Shown here piece after piece: positions 50,830 through 63,567 of a DNA stretch of 64,000 bases. A program made the translations under genes and the position numbers. How positions within the stretch are numbered: the stretch's first letter is position 1; each line of letters opens with the position of its first letter. A model generated the notes under the pieces. That model worked only from the letters and a program-made list of their open reading frames with translations. It searched no databases and was not told where the DNA came from. Origin of the DNA: Octopus bimaculoides (taxonomy: Eukaryota); contig NC_068985.1 of the NCBI RefSeq assembly GCF_001194135.2, positions 4,913,703-4,977,702 on the forward strand, read 5' to 3'.

Positions 50830-52385
50830 TTAAGGATAATACAGCATCATGGGCATGGCTAGAGTGAGGTGAATTGAAGTGTACCACTGAGAGCCTGATC
50901 ATTGTGGCACAAGACCAGGCTCTCGCTACCAATTCAGTGAAGTATAACATCTATAAAACCTCTGAAACCCAGAAATGCAGACTCTGTGGAGAGAGTGTGG
51001 AAAATGTGACCCACTTGGTAAGTGGATGTGAGAGCCCTGCACAAAAAGAATACAAGCGCCGCCACGATAAAGTGTGTGTGTGTATCTTCATTGGCTCTTA
51101 TACTGTAAATGCCAATATGAAGTAACAGAACTGGTACNNNNNNNNNNNNNNNNNNNNNNNNNNNNNNNNNNNNNNNNNNNNNNNNNNNNNNNNNNNNNNN
51201 NNNNNNNNNNNNNNNNNNNNNNNNNNNNNNNNNNNNNNNNNNNNNNNNNNNNNNNNNNNNNNNNNNNNNNNNNNNNNNNNNNNNNNNNNNNNNNNNNNNN
51301 NNNNNNNNNNNNNNNNNNNNNNNNNNNNNNNNNNNNNNNNNNNNNNNNNNNNNNNNNNNNNNNNNNNNNNNNNNNNNNNNNNNNNNNNNNNNNNNNNNNN
51401 NNNNNNNNNNNNNNNNNNNNNNNNNNNNNNNNNNNNNNNNNNNNNNNNNNNNNNNNNNNNNNNNNNNNNNNNNNNNNNNNNNNNNNNNNNNNNNNNNNNN
51501 NNNNNNNNNNNNNNNNNNNNNNNNNNNNNNNNNNNNNNNNNNNNNNNNNNNNNNNNNNNNNNNNNNNNNNNNNNNNNNNNNNNNNNNNNNNNNNNNNNNN
51601 NNNNNNNNNNNNNNNNNNNNNNNNNNNNNNNNNNNNNNNNNNNNNNNNNNNNNNNNNNNNNNNNNNNNNNNNNNNNNNNNNNNNNNNNNNNNNNNNNNNN
51701 NNNNNNNNNNNNNNNNNNNNNNNNNNNNNNNNNNNNNNNNNNNNNNNNNNNNNNNNNNNNNNNNNNNNNNNNNNNNNNNNNNNNNNNNNNNNNNNNNNNN
51801 NNNNNNNNNNNNNNNNNNNNNNNNNNNNNNNNNNNNNNNAATAATAATAATAATAAATGTTCTGGTGTAGTACCAGGCAATGGCTCTCATGGCTTCTGAT
51901 CTTAATTGATTGGAAGTATTATCATGTACATTGTTTTGTCTTGGTATAAAAGATGGATTACAGCAAATATTCTGCTGAATACAACAGATTTGCTTGTCAG
52001 TTGTTTGACCGTGACCAGCTGAACATGTCCCTTTGTGGCTGACAATATGTGCATATCTGATCACGACCAGAAGTAGTGGGGGAGCATCATCGCCATGTGT
52101 TGAGAGGAATTCTGTGGGGTTTAGATAATTCATCTTTGGAAACATCAGTGTCGCGTTCAACATCCTTGAAAACCTATTCAGGTACCTTTTGAGCGGGATA
52201 AGCTACTCAACCTGAAGAAAATTTTAACTGGGTCTCACCTGCTAGGTCATGCGCTGTTATCTTGATATGAGATTACCATGTCGCGCACATGTGACTGGTG
52301 TACCTTTATCAGACGGGTAGTCATGATGGGTATGCTGGGTTTCGTATATTTTACCCCAGTGTCACTTTGATGGCATGTACCACGC
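50830..52385 (+). mobile_element. Restriction-like-endonuclease non-LTR element (R4/Dong/NeSL type): CCHC region, gap, 3' UTR with (TAA)n; 3' UTR copy at about 39235-39520 (-); RT piece at about 52430-52750
   Basis: AQDQAL...KCRLCGESVENVTHLVSGC...EYKRRHDKV; the 3' UTR is shared with the antisense copy. Confidence 0.75.
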
Positions 52386-52399
52386 TCTCTCACTCAATG

Positions 52400-52431
<32 letters not shown>

Positions 52432-52924
52432 ATCAAGGAGAGAATAGGTCAGAAGAACCAAATTAATAATGGGAAGTAGAATCAATGGAAAGAACAAGAC
52501 CAGGGCAATGAAAACATGAGCTGTTTCCTTAATGCGATACGGTACATGTGTCGTTAAATGGACAATAGACGGGTTTGAAGAAATGGATAGAAAAAAAACG
52601 GGAAATGATGACAATTAACAAGGACTAGCATGCATAAAGCGATACTGATAGACTGCATGAAGCTTGGAACAAGGGAGGAAAAGGCCTCATAGGATGCAAG
52701 GTCTGTGTTGCCAACATGAAGAACAGTCTGGGATGGTACATCAAACAGCGGAGTGATCTTTGCTTGCCGCTGTTTGAAATAATTTTAGTTTCCTCTTGAA
52801 ATAATTTTAATTTCCTCTTAACATACCCCGATTGTTTCACAAGATGACTCAAATACAGCATTTTTAAAAGTAGGACACGCTAATTATATCTGTGTTGTCA
52901 GAGATGCCATTAAGTTTGTTGTCA

Positions 52925-53135
52925 CAGGTTGTTTGAAAATGAGGTTAGATTGACGTTGTTCCTCAACTTTGTCACATCCGCTGTTCGAATTGGTCGAGTA
53001 CGATTGCTACGAATAGGACTGCTGCTTGTGAATTTCATCTTTGATCGTATTAGTCTATGGTCAGACCAACACTCCCCAATGGAGAAAGAACGTGTTTCTT
53101 GGACATCTTCCCTCATGGAAGACCTCCCAATTATG
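52925..53135 (-). mobile_element. Non-LTR endonuclease C-terminal fragment (RTE-like)
   Basis: DVQETRSFSIGECWSDHRLIRSKMK. Confidence 0.65.
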
Positions 53136-53148
53136 TCATTATTGATGT

Positions 53149-53193
<45 letters not shown>

Positions 53194-54120
53194 CCAGTTG
53201 TACACTCAATTAACGTTATGTCGTTTTGTCTATTTACTATAATTTTCCCTTTATACTATATATATGNNNNNNNNNNNNNNNNNNNNNNNNNNNNNNNNNN
53301 NNNNNNNNNNNNNNNNNNNNNNNNNNNNNNNNNNNNNNNNNNNNNNNNNNNNNNNNNNNNNNNNNNNNNNNNNNNNNNNNNNNNNNNNNNNNNNNNNNNN
53401 NNNNNNNNNNNNNNNNNNNNNNNNNNNNNNNNNNNNNNNNNNNNNNNNNNNNNNNNNNNNNNNNNNNNNNNNNNNNNNNNNNNNNNNNNNNNNNNNNNNN
53501 NNNNNNNNNNNNNNNNNNNNNNNNNNNNNNNNNNNNNNNNNNNNNNNNNNNNNNNNNNNNNNNNNNNNNNNNNNNNNNNNNNNNNNNNNNNNNNNNNNNN
53601 NNNNNNNNNNNNNNNNNNNNNNNNNNNNNNNNNNNNNNNNNNNNNNNNNNNNNNNNNNNNNNNNNNNNNNNNNNNNNNNNNNNNNNNNNNNNNNNNNNNN
53701 NNNATATTACTATATATATATATATTACTGTATATATATATATATGGGGAGAATTCACAAAAAAAAAGACGAAGACAGGTGGTGTAGACAACAAACATGT
53801 ATTAGTTTAACGCTCGGGAAGTGAAAAAGTCTTCACCGTTTCGAGCCTACGCTCTTCCACAGAAAGGAACACAGAAAGAAATAAGGAGAGAAAATAAAGG
53901 ATGTGTAGTGGCTAGCGATCTATCATAAGCTATATTAAATCTCTCAGCGAGATATAAACAGTAGCAATACGGAATCGAAACATATAATTGCCAACCAAGT
54001 ATGGCGCCCTATACAGGACAGTGCTACTAAAGTTTATAGCCCCAGGAAGACATCACTCCCAGCTGGCTAACGACACACATTCTGTGTCCGATTAGCAATC
54101 GCTCCCGTCTCTAGCCTTAT

Positions 54121-54177
54121 GTGATACACACAGACTCGAGTTTCTTGGTGATTACCCGTCCTCAGCGTGTTAATCAC
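54121..54177 (-). ncRNA. Type I hammerhead motif with palindromic stem III ACTCGAGT
   Basis: Reverse complement reads GTGATTAACACG-CTGAGGA-CGGGTAATCACCAA-GAAA-CTCGA-GTC-TGTGTGTATCAC; the base of stem II is mismatched. Confidence 0.7.
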
Positions 54178-54559
54178 CAGCTAGTGTCTTCCTGGGGCTA
54201 TAAACGTCAGTAGCACTGTCCTGGATAGGACGCCACATTTGGTTGGCAATTATATGTTACGATTCCGTATTCATGCGGTTTATATCTCGCTCAGAGATTT
54301 AATATGGCATATTACTCCTTTTTCGAGATCAGCGACAGTTTGTCGCTAGAAAAAGCATATAGTATTTTGTGAGTGAAACGAGTTTTCATCACTAGCTGGT
54401 GATTAACGCTCATGGGTGTTGGTAGTGAATTCTTCGACGTGAGTTCGAATCGTTACACACTGATATTGTGTTTGTTGTGAGTCACCCCGCTCGGGTGAAC
54501 CAAGATTCGTTGAATTGTTGAATTTTAGCCACTGTTTTGTTTGCACCTGTGTATTCCCC

Positions 54560-55881
54560 GTCTACGGGAGAAGAGGAGAGATAGAGAATAGACAAAGTTA
54601 CGCAGCGGCAGCGACCCAAGGAATAAATGTCAACAGCCTGGAAGTACAGGAAATAGAAATTGACACAAGAAAGTGGAAGGAAGGAAGGAAGAAAATTCCT
54701 AAAAAAGGAGGGAGCCTGTCTAAAGCTGACTCTCCCAGAAGAACTGATGAACAGCATAGCGAAGAGGACGGAGGTATACAGAACGTTGTCTACGTCCTCG
54801 AACAAGATAGAGTTCGCCCCGACAGAAGAAATAGAGGAATGCCTCGAAAATGTTAAAACATTGACCACATTCTATACACGTGGAAGAAAGTATGGCTCAG
54901 TGGAAGTAAGGTTTGACAATGAAGAAGATGCCATAAACCACTCCACGGACCCGTTACGGACAAAGAAATGGATACTACTTCCAACGTACTGTGGCAAACG
55001 CGTTGCCAGAGTGAGGGTCGGAAGAGTGCCTCCCGAAATCGAGGAAGAATGGCTGGTGGCAGCCATAACGTACGATATGAAGGATGGGGCGGAGATCCTC
55101 AAGATAACAAGGACCCAAAAGGTCAATTGGTGGGGATATGGCCTCAAAGTGACCATGCAGTTGTCTTTGGAGGACTTGCATAGTGTAGCAGAGGAAATAG
55201 TACTCCCGGAAGACACCAGACTTCGAATAACAGTAGAAGGAAGACGACCAACATGCTCCCTATGCGAGAAAGAAAACGGAGAGGAGAAGAAAAGTGAAGA
55301 AACAATACCGGATAGTATCAATAAAAGAGAAAGATTGAGTGGAGGAATCATTCACAGTAGTAAACACGAGGAAGAGAAAGGAACGGGTAAATTCTCCCCC
55401 AGACAGTTAAAAAAAAAAAATAAAAGGCTAAAAGAGATTGTGACGGAAGAAAAGAGAAATAGGTGCGAAGCGCCAACAAAAGCAGTAGTGAAAGAAGGTA
55501 CACAGGAAAAAACAGCATTACAACAGGTAGAAAGCGTTTATGAAATTGGTTATGATATTTCTGCACGCCCGAACAGATCAGGACGGGAGCCGAAGCAAGC
55601 AGAAATAAAAAGGAAGAGATATAAGTGGCATTTGGTTACGTATACCAAAAAGTACATAAATAGAGAAAACGATTGTAAAATATAAATCGGTAATAAGAGT
55701 AAAGCTGCTGCCTGGAAAATACCCGGAAAGCACTAAAGGAATAGTCATAGATAGAGAGAGATTTGAGAAACTGAGAGAGATGTATGGAGATTACATGGAC
55801 CCGCTGGGGGTTTTAGTTGAGTTTGACGAGCTTCCACCGGTCCTGGAATTAGAAGATTTGAAACCCTTTACGAACATTTAA
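54560..55881 (+). pseudogene. Frameshifted non-LTR ORF1-like (gag-like RRM plus zinc-knuckle remnant) protein
   Basis: SYAAAA (54596-54613) is in one frame. The main 341-aa frame 54660-55685 has RRM-like segments (YGSVEVRF; RVRVGRVPPEI) and LRITVEGRRPTCSLC. A shifted frame continues to a stop at 55879-55881. No RT or endonuclease follows. Confidence 0.6.
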
Positions 55882-56219
55882 AAGCAAGTAAAATTTGTGC
55901 TTCATAAAAAAAATTAAAAAAAAAAACGAGGAAAATAGACTGTTAAAAAGTTTAAAGAAAAAAGAAAAAGAACGATCCAAAATAATAAGACTAAGAAAAA
56001 GAACGAGCTAAAAAAAGAAAAAAAAGAAAAGACTGTAAGAACGTTTAATTGTAAAAAAGAAATCACGGTTTCATCTCGGAGCAGGACCGAGAAAAACGTC
56101 TCATATTCGTTGTAGTTTAATTCATTGTAATTCATTATTTCATATGTTTTTTGTTCCCGCATGTCTATGTATGTCCCCTCTGTGTTCAGGCCTTGTGTCT
56201 ATAATAAAGAGAAAAGCTG

Positions 56220-56278
56220 GTGATTAACACACGCTGAGGACGGGTAACCACCCAGAAACTGGAGTCCGTGTGTATCAC
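56220..56278 (+). ncRNA. Type I hammerhead motif
   Basis: GTGATTAACACACG-CTGAGGA-C-GGGT-AACC-ACCC-A-GAAA-CTGGA-GTC-CGTGTGTATCAC; stem I pairs well, with a C-A mismatch at the base of stem II. Confidence 0.72.
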
Positions 56279-58224
56279 GTAATGCTAGAGATGGGAGCGA
56301 TGACCTCCTGTCGTAAATACTAACCAGACACAGAATGTGTCTCATTAGCCAGTTGGAAGAGATGTCTTCTTGGGGCTATAAACGTCAGTAGCACTGTCCT
56401 GTACAGGGCACCCAATTATAAACTCATATAAGTGATGCAACGACAGTTTGTGTATAAAGCTTGAAACACGTGTACCGCGGAATCCTTTGTGTTCTGTTTT
56501 CATTTTACGTTTTAATATATATATATATATATATATATTTGTGTGTGTGTGTGTGTCTGTATGTGTCGGAGCATTAGTACGCATATGGATGTATATGTGA
56601 ACGACCATGTATGTGTACGTATAGGCCAATTCGTAAAGGTCAGCTAAGGACAGTTACATGTGTAACCAACCATGAAGAACAAATCAACAGAATATATGTC
56701 TCTTGATGAGAAGCATTGACAGATCGGTTCTGTTAAGCACCGCCACTACATCTTCTTTACGTAAATCCTTATCTTTGCAGTTTCTAAGACTGGATTTCCA
56801 TATTTTTGTGGAAACTATTCTGCTTTGTTAGACGCGGAAACTTTCACTCGTGATAAAAATCTTGTACCCCAGGCATGGAGTGTGAACAAAAACTCAGTTG
56901 ATATTTTTTCTTCAAAGAAAGCTAACACTATCATTAATTTTTATTTGCTGCTGACCTACACCCTGTGACAAAATAAATCGAACCCCTGTTATCAATAAAC
57001 ATGTAAGCTAAAGTAAAATACTACTGTACTTTCTTATACACAAAAATGTCTGCATTAGCCAGAAGGATTTCTTAATTAAATCTATAAATTACCTGGAGAG
57101 GTCGAGAAACTAAATAACGACGTCTCATAAATAATCTAAAATCGGATAACCAACTCCTAACAAGCACAATTATTACATATGCACGCATAAAAATATCGTG
57201 TTCTCCAATAATAACCCCATAAAGTTGGATGCGTATCACCCGTAATATTTCAAAATTTCTATAGAACACATAATCAATAAGAACAGTAGAGTATGCATTT
57301 CATCGTCTGTCATTCAATTAAAAGAATAATTTCCCATAATTTTCCCCTAAATTCTCTCCCCATATATACAGATATATTTACAACGACACAACCTCATGAA
57401 CATGTTGCAGGACTGTGCCTCAGTTTGAACCCAGACTGTTTTCTCTTCATGCCGGTTTATGTATACAAAAACAGGATCTTTCAAATTGAGTGATAATATC
57501 AAGGAAATGCTAATGACGTTCAACAGTTACTCATCAGATTCATTGAGTGACATCAGCCAAAATACTGACCAATCAAAAGTCAGCCAAGATTTGATTGAGC
57601 TAAAAACAACTTATAAAAGAGTGGCGAACAACGGATGGTGATGGAGAGACAGAAAACGGAGTGTGGACGCAGTCTTGCATTAAGTTAGGCTTAGTTCAAT
57701 ATAAGTTGTTGCTCGACACCCAACCTCGTCAATATGAGCAGACAAACCTGAAATTATTCATCGTAGGAAATACTTGTATTCTTTCACTCTCCGTCGTCTC
57801 ACGCTATCTCTTTTCCACTGACGCAAAATCACATAAGCCGTTATTTTCTTTGGACCTTAGTCTTCTCATACTCAAAATGATTATAGACACAACATTAATC
57901 CTACTTTATGGCGTTTCTTGGAACCGTGGCGTTCTGTTTGAAACTTTTAACAATAAAACAGACAGTGAATTGAAAACGGCAGAGTACTCTTATTTTTCAT
58001 TAGACCTTTTCATCATTGTGAAAATAATCTTGTTGTTAAAAAGTCATTAGTTACATAGCGTTTTATTTTTTAATTTCATTTTGATTCTCTACCATTTAAT
58101 CTCCAGTCTCTAATATTTATCTCNNNNNNNNNNNNNNNNNNNNNNNNNNNNNNNNNNNNNNNNNNNNNNNNNNNNNNNNNNNNNNNNNNNNNNNNNNNNN
58201 NNNNNNNNNNNNNNNNNNNNNNNA

Positions 58225-58940
58225 TATATATATGTATGTGTAGATGGTGTACGTTTAATAATGTACCTAACGGGGAAAGACACACACTACATGAGACATA
58301 TACACACTCATACATTTGCACACATACACTCACAGACAGATACATAGTCATATACAGAATGTGATGTCGTTGTTGTCGTGGTATAAAATGTCCTGTTGGC
58401 AATAGAAATATTAAGTCCATGAAATGTTATATTGTTTTAATGGAAATGAAAATAAAATTTCGTATTGACATTGGCCAGCCCTCACATACATATAGTAAGC
58501 TAGACACACACAGACATACATTCACGCATGCCAGTCGTCACATATGTATATGTATGTGTAGATTTTGTGCTTAATAACGTACTGTTACATATGTATATAT
58601 ATGTGTAGATGTGTGTATATTTAATAACGTAGCTAACACAGAAAGACACACACAATGAGACATGTACACTCATACACTTACACACAGTCATATACAAAAT
58701 GTGATGTCGTTGTCGTTGTGGTATAAAATGTCCTGTTGACAATAGAAAGATTATATCTATAAAATGTTATATTGTTTTGATCGAAATGAAAATTAAAATT
58801 TCGTATTGACGCTGACCAGCCTTAACATACATATAGTATGTTTAATAACGTACCTAACGCATAAAAACACACACACTCACACACATACATTCACAGACAG
58901 ATACGCAGCCATATGCAAAATGCGACGTCGTCGTTGTCGT
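58225..58940 (+). repeat. About two copies of a roughly 340-bp tandem repeat
   Basis: TATAAAATGTCCTGTTG at 58383 and 58723 with long shared flanks. Confidence 0.75.
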
Positions 58941-60016
58941 CTTCGCCGTTGTTAGATTTAGAAGTAAAAAAGTGAAACAATATATCACACTACAATATAG
59001 ATGTTATTCTTTCATTTTCATTCTTTGACTTTTGACACATAATGCCAAACCAGTGCCAATGTTGCATTGTTTTAATCCAAATGACAAAACAAACTACATG
59101 TTGACACTCACGAGGTCTTATAGTATTATCATGTAAAATTTTATTTGATTTGAGTGAGCCGTTTGAGAATGCACTGGGAACAAATTATATATATATATAT
59201 ATNNNNNNNNNNNNNNNNNNNNNNNNNNNNNNNNNNNNNNNNNNNNNNNNNNNNNNNNNNNNNNNNNNNNNNNNNNNNNNNNNNNNNNNNNNNNNNNNNN
59301 NNNNNNNNNNNNNNNNNNNNNNNNNNNNNNNNNNNNNNNNNNNNNNNNNNNNNNNNNNNNNNNNNNNNNNNNNNNNNNNNNNNNNNNNNNNNNNNNNNNN
59401 NNNNNNNNNNNNNNNNNNNNNNNNNNNNNNNNNNNNNNNNNNNNNNNNNNNNNNNNNNNNNNNNNNNNNNNNNNNNNNNNNNNNNNNNNNNNNNNNNNNN
59501 NNNNNNNNNNNNNNNNNNNNNNNNNNNNNNNNNNNNNNNNNNNNNNNNNNNNNNNNNNNNNNNNNNNNNNNNNNNNNNNNNNNNNNNNNNNNNNNNNNNN
59601 NNNNNNNNNNNNNNNNNNNNNNNNNNNNNNNNNNNNNNNNNNNNNNNNNNNNNNNNNNNNNNNNNNNNNNNNNNNNNNNNNNNNNNNNNNNNNNNNNNNN
59701 NNNNNNNNNNNNNNNNNNNNNNNNNNNNNNNNNNNNNNNNNNNNNNNNNNNNNNNNNNNNNNNNNNNNNNNNNNNNNNNNNNNNNNNNNNNNNNNNNNNN
59801 NNNNNNNNNNNNNNNNNNNNNNNNNNTCTTTCTTTCTTTCTTTCTTTCTTTCTCCCCTTCTCTCACACACACAGCAACATTACACACAAAACACATGTTG
59901 CCAAAAAGAAATAGACGCTATCTTTTTATAGTGAGTATGCGAGACAGAAAGTGTGGTGTGTATGTGAAGTTCTTTTGTTAATGTGAGAGAGCAGCATGTG
60001 TGTGTGAGACAGGGAG

Positions 60017-60059
<43 letters not shown>

Positions 60060-61035
60060 GAGATAAATGTGTGTAAGGGATGGAGAGAGATAGAGAGGGA
60101 GAGCACGCTCTCTCTATCTCTGCCGAATTGATGTAAACAAACCCATGTGGTCTGATTTTCACGTTTCTAGGTATTGTACCGTAAATCGCCATTTCCAAAA
60201 TATATTTATTTCAAATTATTTATCCTTATATACATGTAAGGCAAGGTGTGTGTGTTTTGTTGATATACGGGCAACACACACACACACATACGAACATGTA
60301 TGCGTACAAAAAATATGTATGCAATTGGTGTACATACGTGCGTGTGTGTATGTGTGTGTTGCTCATATAAATATATATATATATANNNNNNNNNNNNNNN
60401 NNNNNNNNNNNNNNNNNNNNNNNNNNNNNNNNNNNNNNNNNNNNNNNNNNNNNNNNNNNNNNNNNNNNNNNNNNNNNNNNNNNNNNNNNNNNNNNNNNNN
60501 NNNNNNNNNNNNNNNNNNNNNNNNNNNNNNNNNNNNNNNNNNNNNNNNNNNNNNNNNNNNNNNNNNNNNNNNNNNNNNNNNNNNNNNNNNNNNNNNNNNN
60601 NNNNNNNNNNNNNNNNNNNNNNNNNNNNNNNNNNNNNNNNNNNNNNNNNNNNNNNNNNNNNNNNNNNNNNNNNNNNNNNNNNNNNNNNNNNNNNNNNNNN
60701 NNNNNNNNNNNNNNNNNNNNNNNNTATGTATATATGTATATATATATATTTAAGACTTCGTTGTGATCTGAACAGAACCGCTTCTGACACAGAGAATCGG
60801 GACCCCTTTTCGTCATTCTATTTTCCTTGCTGGAAGGGTTCCTAACCCATGAGCAAAGAGGGGTTAGATGATGGCGGTGGTGTTTTCAAAGGGATGGCAT
60901 GTGTAACCTGATCACCTCTGCCGATCAAACTTTCAACCCATGCGCTCCAACACTGATTCTGCCCAAATTTGACGTCATGTTACTTAGTTTGGTTTGAAAT
61001 AAAGAACTTGATTAGCTTAATAATCCCAACTTAAT

Positions 61036-61063
61036 CCCGGGCAAAGCCGGGCTATACTGCTAG
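61036..61063 (+). mobile_element. Helitron 3' end
   Basis: CCCGG-GCAAAG-CCGGG hairpin, 8 nt, CTAG, then T: the canonical Helitron terminus. Confidence 0.75.
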
Positions 61064-61146
61064 TATATATATATATACATACATGCATACACACAAGCAT
61101 ATACATATATGTATTTATATACATACATTCATACATGCATACATAT

Positions 61147-61269
<123 letters not shown>

Positions 61270-62143
61270 CATGACTGCTACTTTATTTCATCGTTTCCAA
61301 AAGGATGGAATTTAAAGTCGATCTCGTCAGAGCTTGAAACCATCGCGTAAACAGACTTAACTAAATATCAGAAAACATTTTCTCTGATGTTGCTCTACCA
61401 GTTCAGCTTAATTAGGACTTATATAATGATAACACCAATTCTTATTATACTACAGTTGCTACGTACAGAAACTAAACAAATTTAATGATGTGTTTTTATG
61501 TTTTTTGCCTATTGAATTGCAAAGTAACAATACTCCTGATCAATAAATATAAATTCGTAATAGTGATGATAAAATGTATTATTGATATTTACGCTCTGTT
61601 CTGTAATTGGACATGGCAATAATATTTAAATATTTCTACAGCTGTTACTTTTATGGCTCTATATGTTCTATCTTTATTTTCTTCTGTTTTTCTTTTATCT
61701 GAACGTTGAGAAGCCTGATACATGTAGTTATATATAATCGTACAAGTGTATTTAGATTAATATGTATGTACATATGTGTATGTGTGTGTATGTGTGTGTA
61801 TGAGTGTGTACATGCATGCACGTATGAGTATGTGTAGATATATGCATATATATACATATATACATACATGCATACATGGTGGTTGTCTACTCCCTATTCA
61901 GAGTTTCACCACCTCCTGTACCTGTACCTTAGGACCATTTCTTATATAATAAGTTTAGATAATTTATGGATTCATATAAACCCTATTTTATGTTACTAAT
62001 TGTTGTGGTTATGGTTTGTAGTAGTAGAATGTGTATAAAGAAGCACGTGATTATAAAGGATATATAACATATTTAGAATAAGATTAAACTAGGTTGTTTA
62101 TAAAATGATTAATTAAATAAATAAATTAATGAAAATAGATTAC

Positions 62144-62192
<49 letters not shown>

Positions 62193-62629
62193 GTATACAC
62201 ACCCTCCTATCACACACCTACACCCGCACATATACAAACATATGCATATCCGTATAAACGAAGGAGGCCTGAAAGTCGCACATATGTACCTGTGTCTGAA
62301 GCTTAATATGTGATTGTTGAATCACTGGAATAAACGAAAATCTACCAAATTATCCAGTTATATATGGTTCTTAAAAGAACAATGTGTCAACTACAGGATT
62401 TACTGGACCATCCATCCATCCATCCATCCATCCATCCATCCATCCATCCATCCATCCATACATACATACATACATACATAATACTAAGATATATACAAGC
62501 AAAGCGCAGAAATATTAACACTACGGAATAAGCCAAATGGAAAAAATGTTAGCTATTCTAAAAGACCTTCTTAGTTACATTACTTTAAATAGAATGAAAT
62601 TTGCAAGGATAGGAAGTTTAAGTACTTAC

Positions 62630-63567
62630 TGCAATGCATTACGAAAGAATTTTTCGGTAATATAGTCTCTACAGTTGGAATTTTCGAATGCCAGGTAAAA
62701 TTTATATTCCTCTTCTAACTTTCTGAAACATTGCTCTTCATTCTTTCTTTTACAGACTTTAGTACCGCATCCACCATAAATATCAACCTGGATATATTTG
62801 GCAAGTTCTTTAGCATAGTCTGTTCGGTTGTTGTTAGGATAGCAGTTGGATACGAACCAAGCGACCTTTTTCGGTTTTCCCATTGCATAATTTCGGACTT
62901 GTTCTTTTTGTGTTATCAACGAATTGAAATAACGAAATCTACTGTATGGATATGCAATCGTACTGTCCGGACGATATGTAATCGTCCAGTTGATACTGTT
63001 ACTTAGATGTTTTATTGGCGGGCTGAAAACTGGACACTCGTGAGTCATGAACATCCATATTTGGTTCCTGTGCACTAGTTTTCGTGATAAGCGTACTCTC
63101 TCAATAAAGAAAATAGCGTCTACGCTTTTTTCCTCAGATTTGTTGTATGTGACTAAACATGTATTAACTGGACATTTATATTCCAGGAAACTTCCTTGAT
63201 TTTTTTTCAATGGTTTCAACCACGATAGATTGTCTATTAATAATTTTTTATACTGTTGTCTAAGTGGTTTTAATTTTCCATCAGCATCTGACTGACTTTG
63301 TTTCGTTTTCTTCCATTTATCATTTTTCCGTGTTTTCTCTGTAGGTAGAACATATTTCAGTTGAGCTTCGATACGAACATCGCGCTTGTTGATTGGAAAA
63401 AGCAAGGCAGCATTGTAGGAAACTGATTGCCTAGTGAGTAAAGTCCCGTTCCCCAAATTTTCAGGATTCTTGTGATAATATTCAAATTGATAGTTGTATT
63501 TATATAAAAGAATATTTACTGTTATGATAAAGAGACAGAAGGAAATGATTGTGCGTTGGACTCTCAT
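62630..63567 (-). CDS. Alpha-1,3-fucosyltransferase (GT10, FucTA-like), first coding exon; C-terminal exon not located
   Basis: First ATG gives MRVQR plus a hydrophobic TIISFCLFIITVNILLY (type II anchor). Motifs KVAWFVSNC, IQVDIYGGCG and YKFYLAFENSNCRDYITEKFFRNAL. The frame ends at a phase-2 GTAAGT donor (62629-62624). The track start at 63645 is a GTG. Confidence 0.9.

Larger units (their letters stand above)
53929..56460 (+). mobile_element. Composite element: hammerhead-bearing inverted/direct terminal repeats around an ORF1/gag-like cassette
   Basis: 53929-54052 is inverted at 54186-54308. About 53990-54183 is inverted at 56215-56420. AGCTGGTGATTAAC is directly repeated at 54394 and 56215. 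AATAAA at 56203-56208. Confidence 0.75.

Noticed and set aside
54660-55685. 341-aa ORF as an intact host gene
   Set aside because: It starts at a TTG, is flanked by frameshifted continuations, has no introns, and lies inside repeat termini; treated as a transposon ORF1-like remnant.
57072-58050. Short ORFs as the missing fucosyltransferase exon or a separate gene
   Set aside because: The frames I translated gave no GT10 C-terminal motifs or other recognisable domain.
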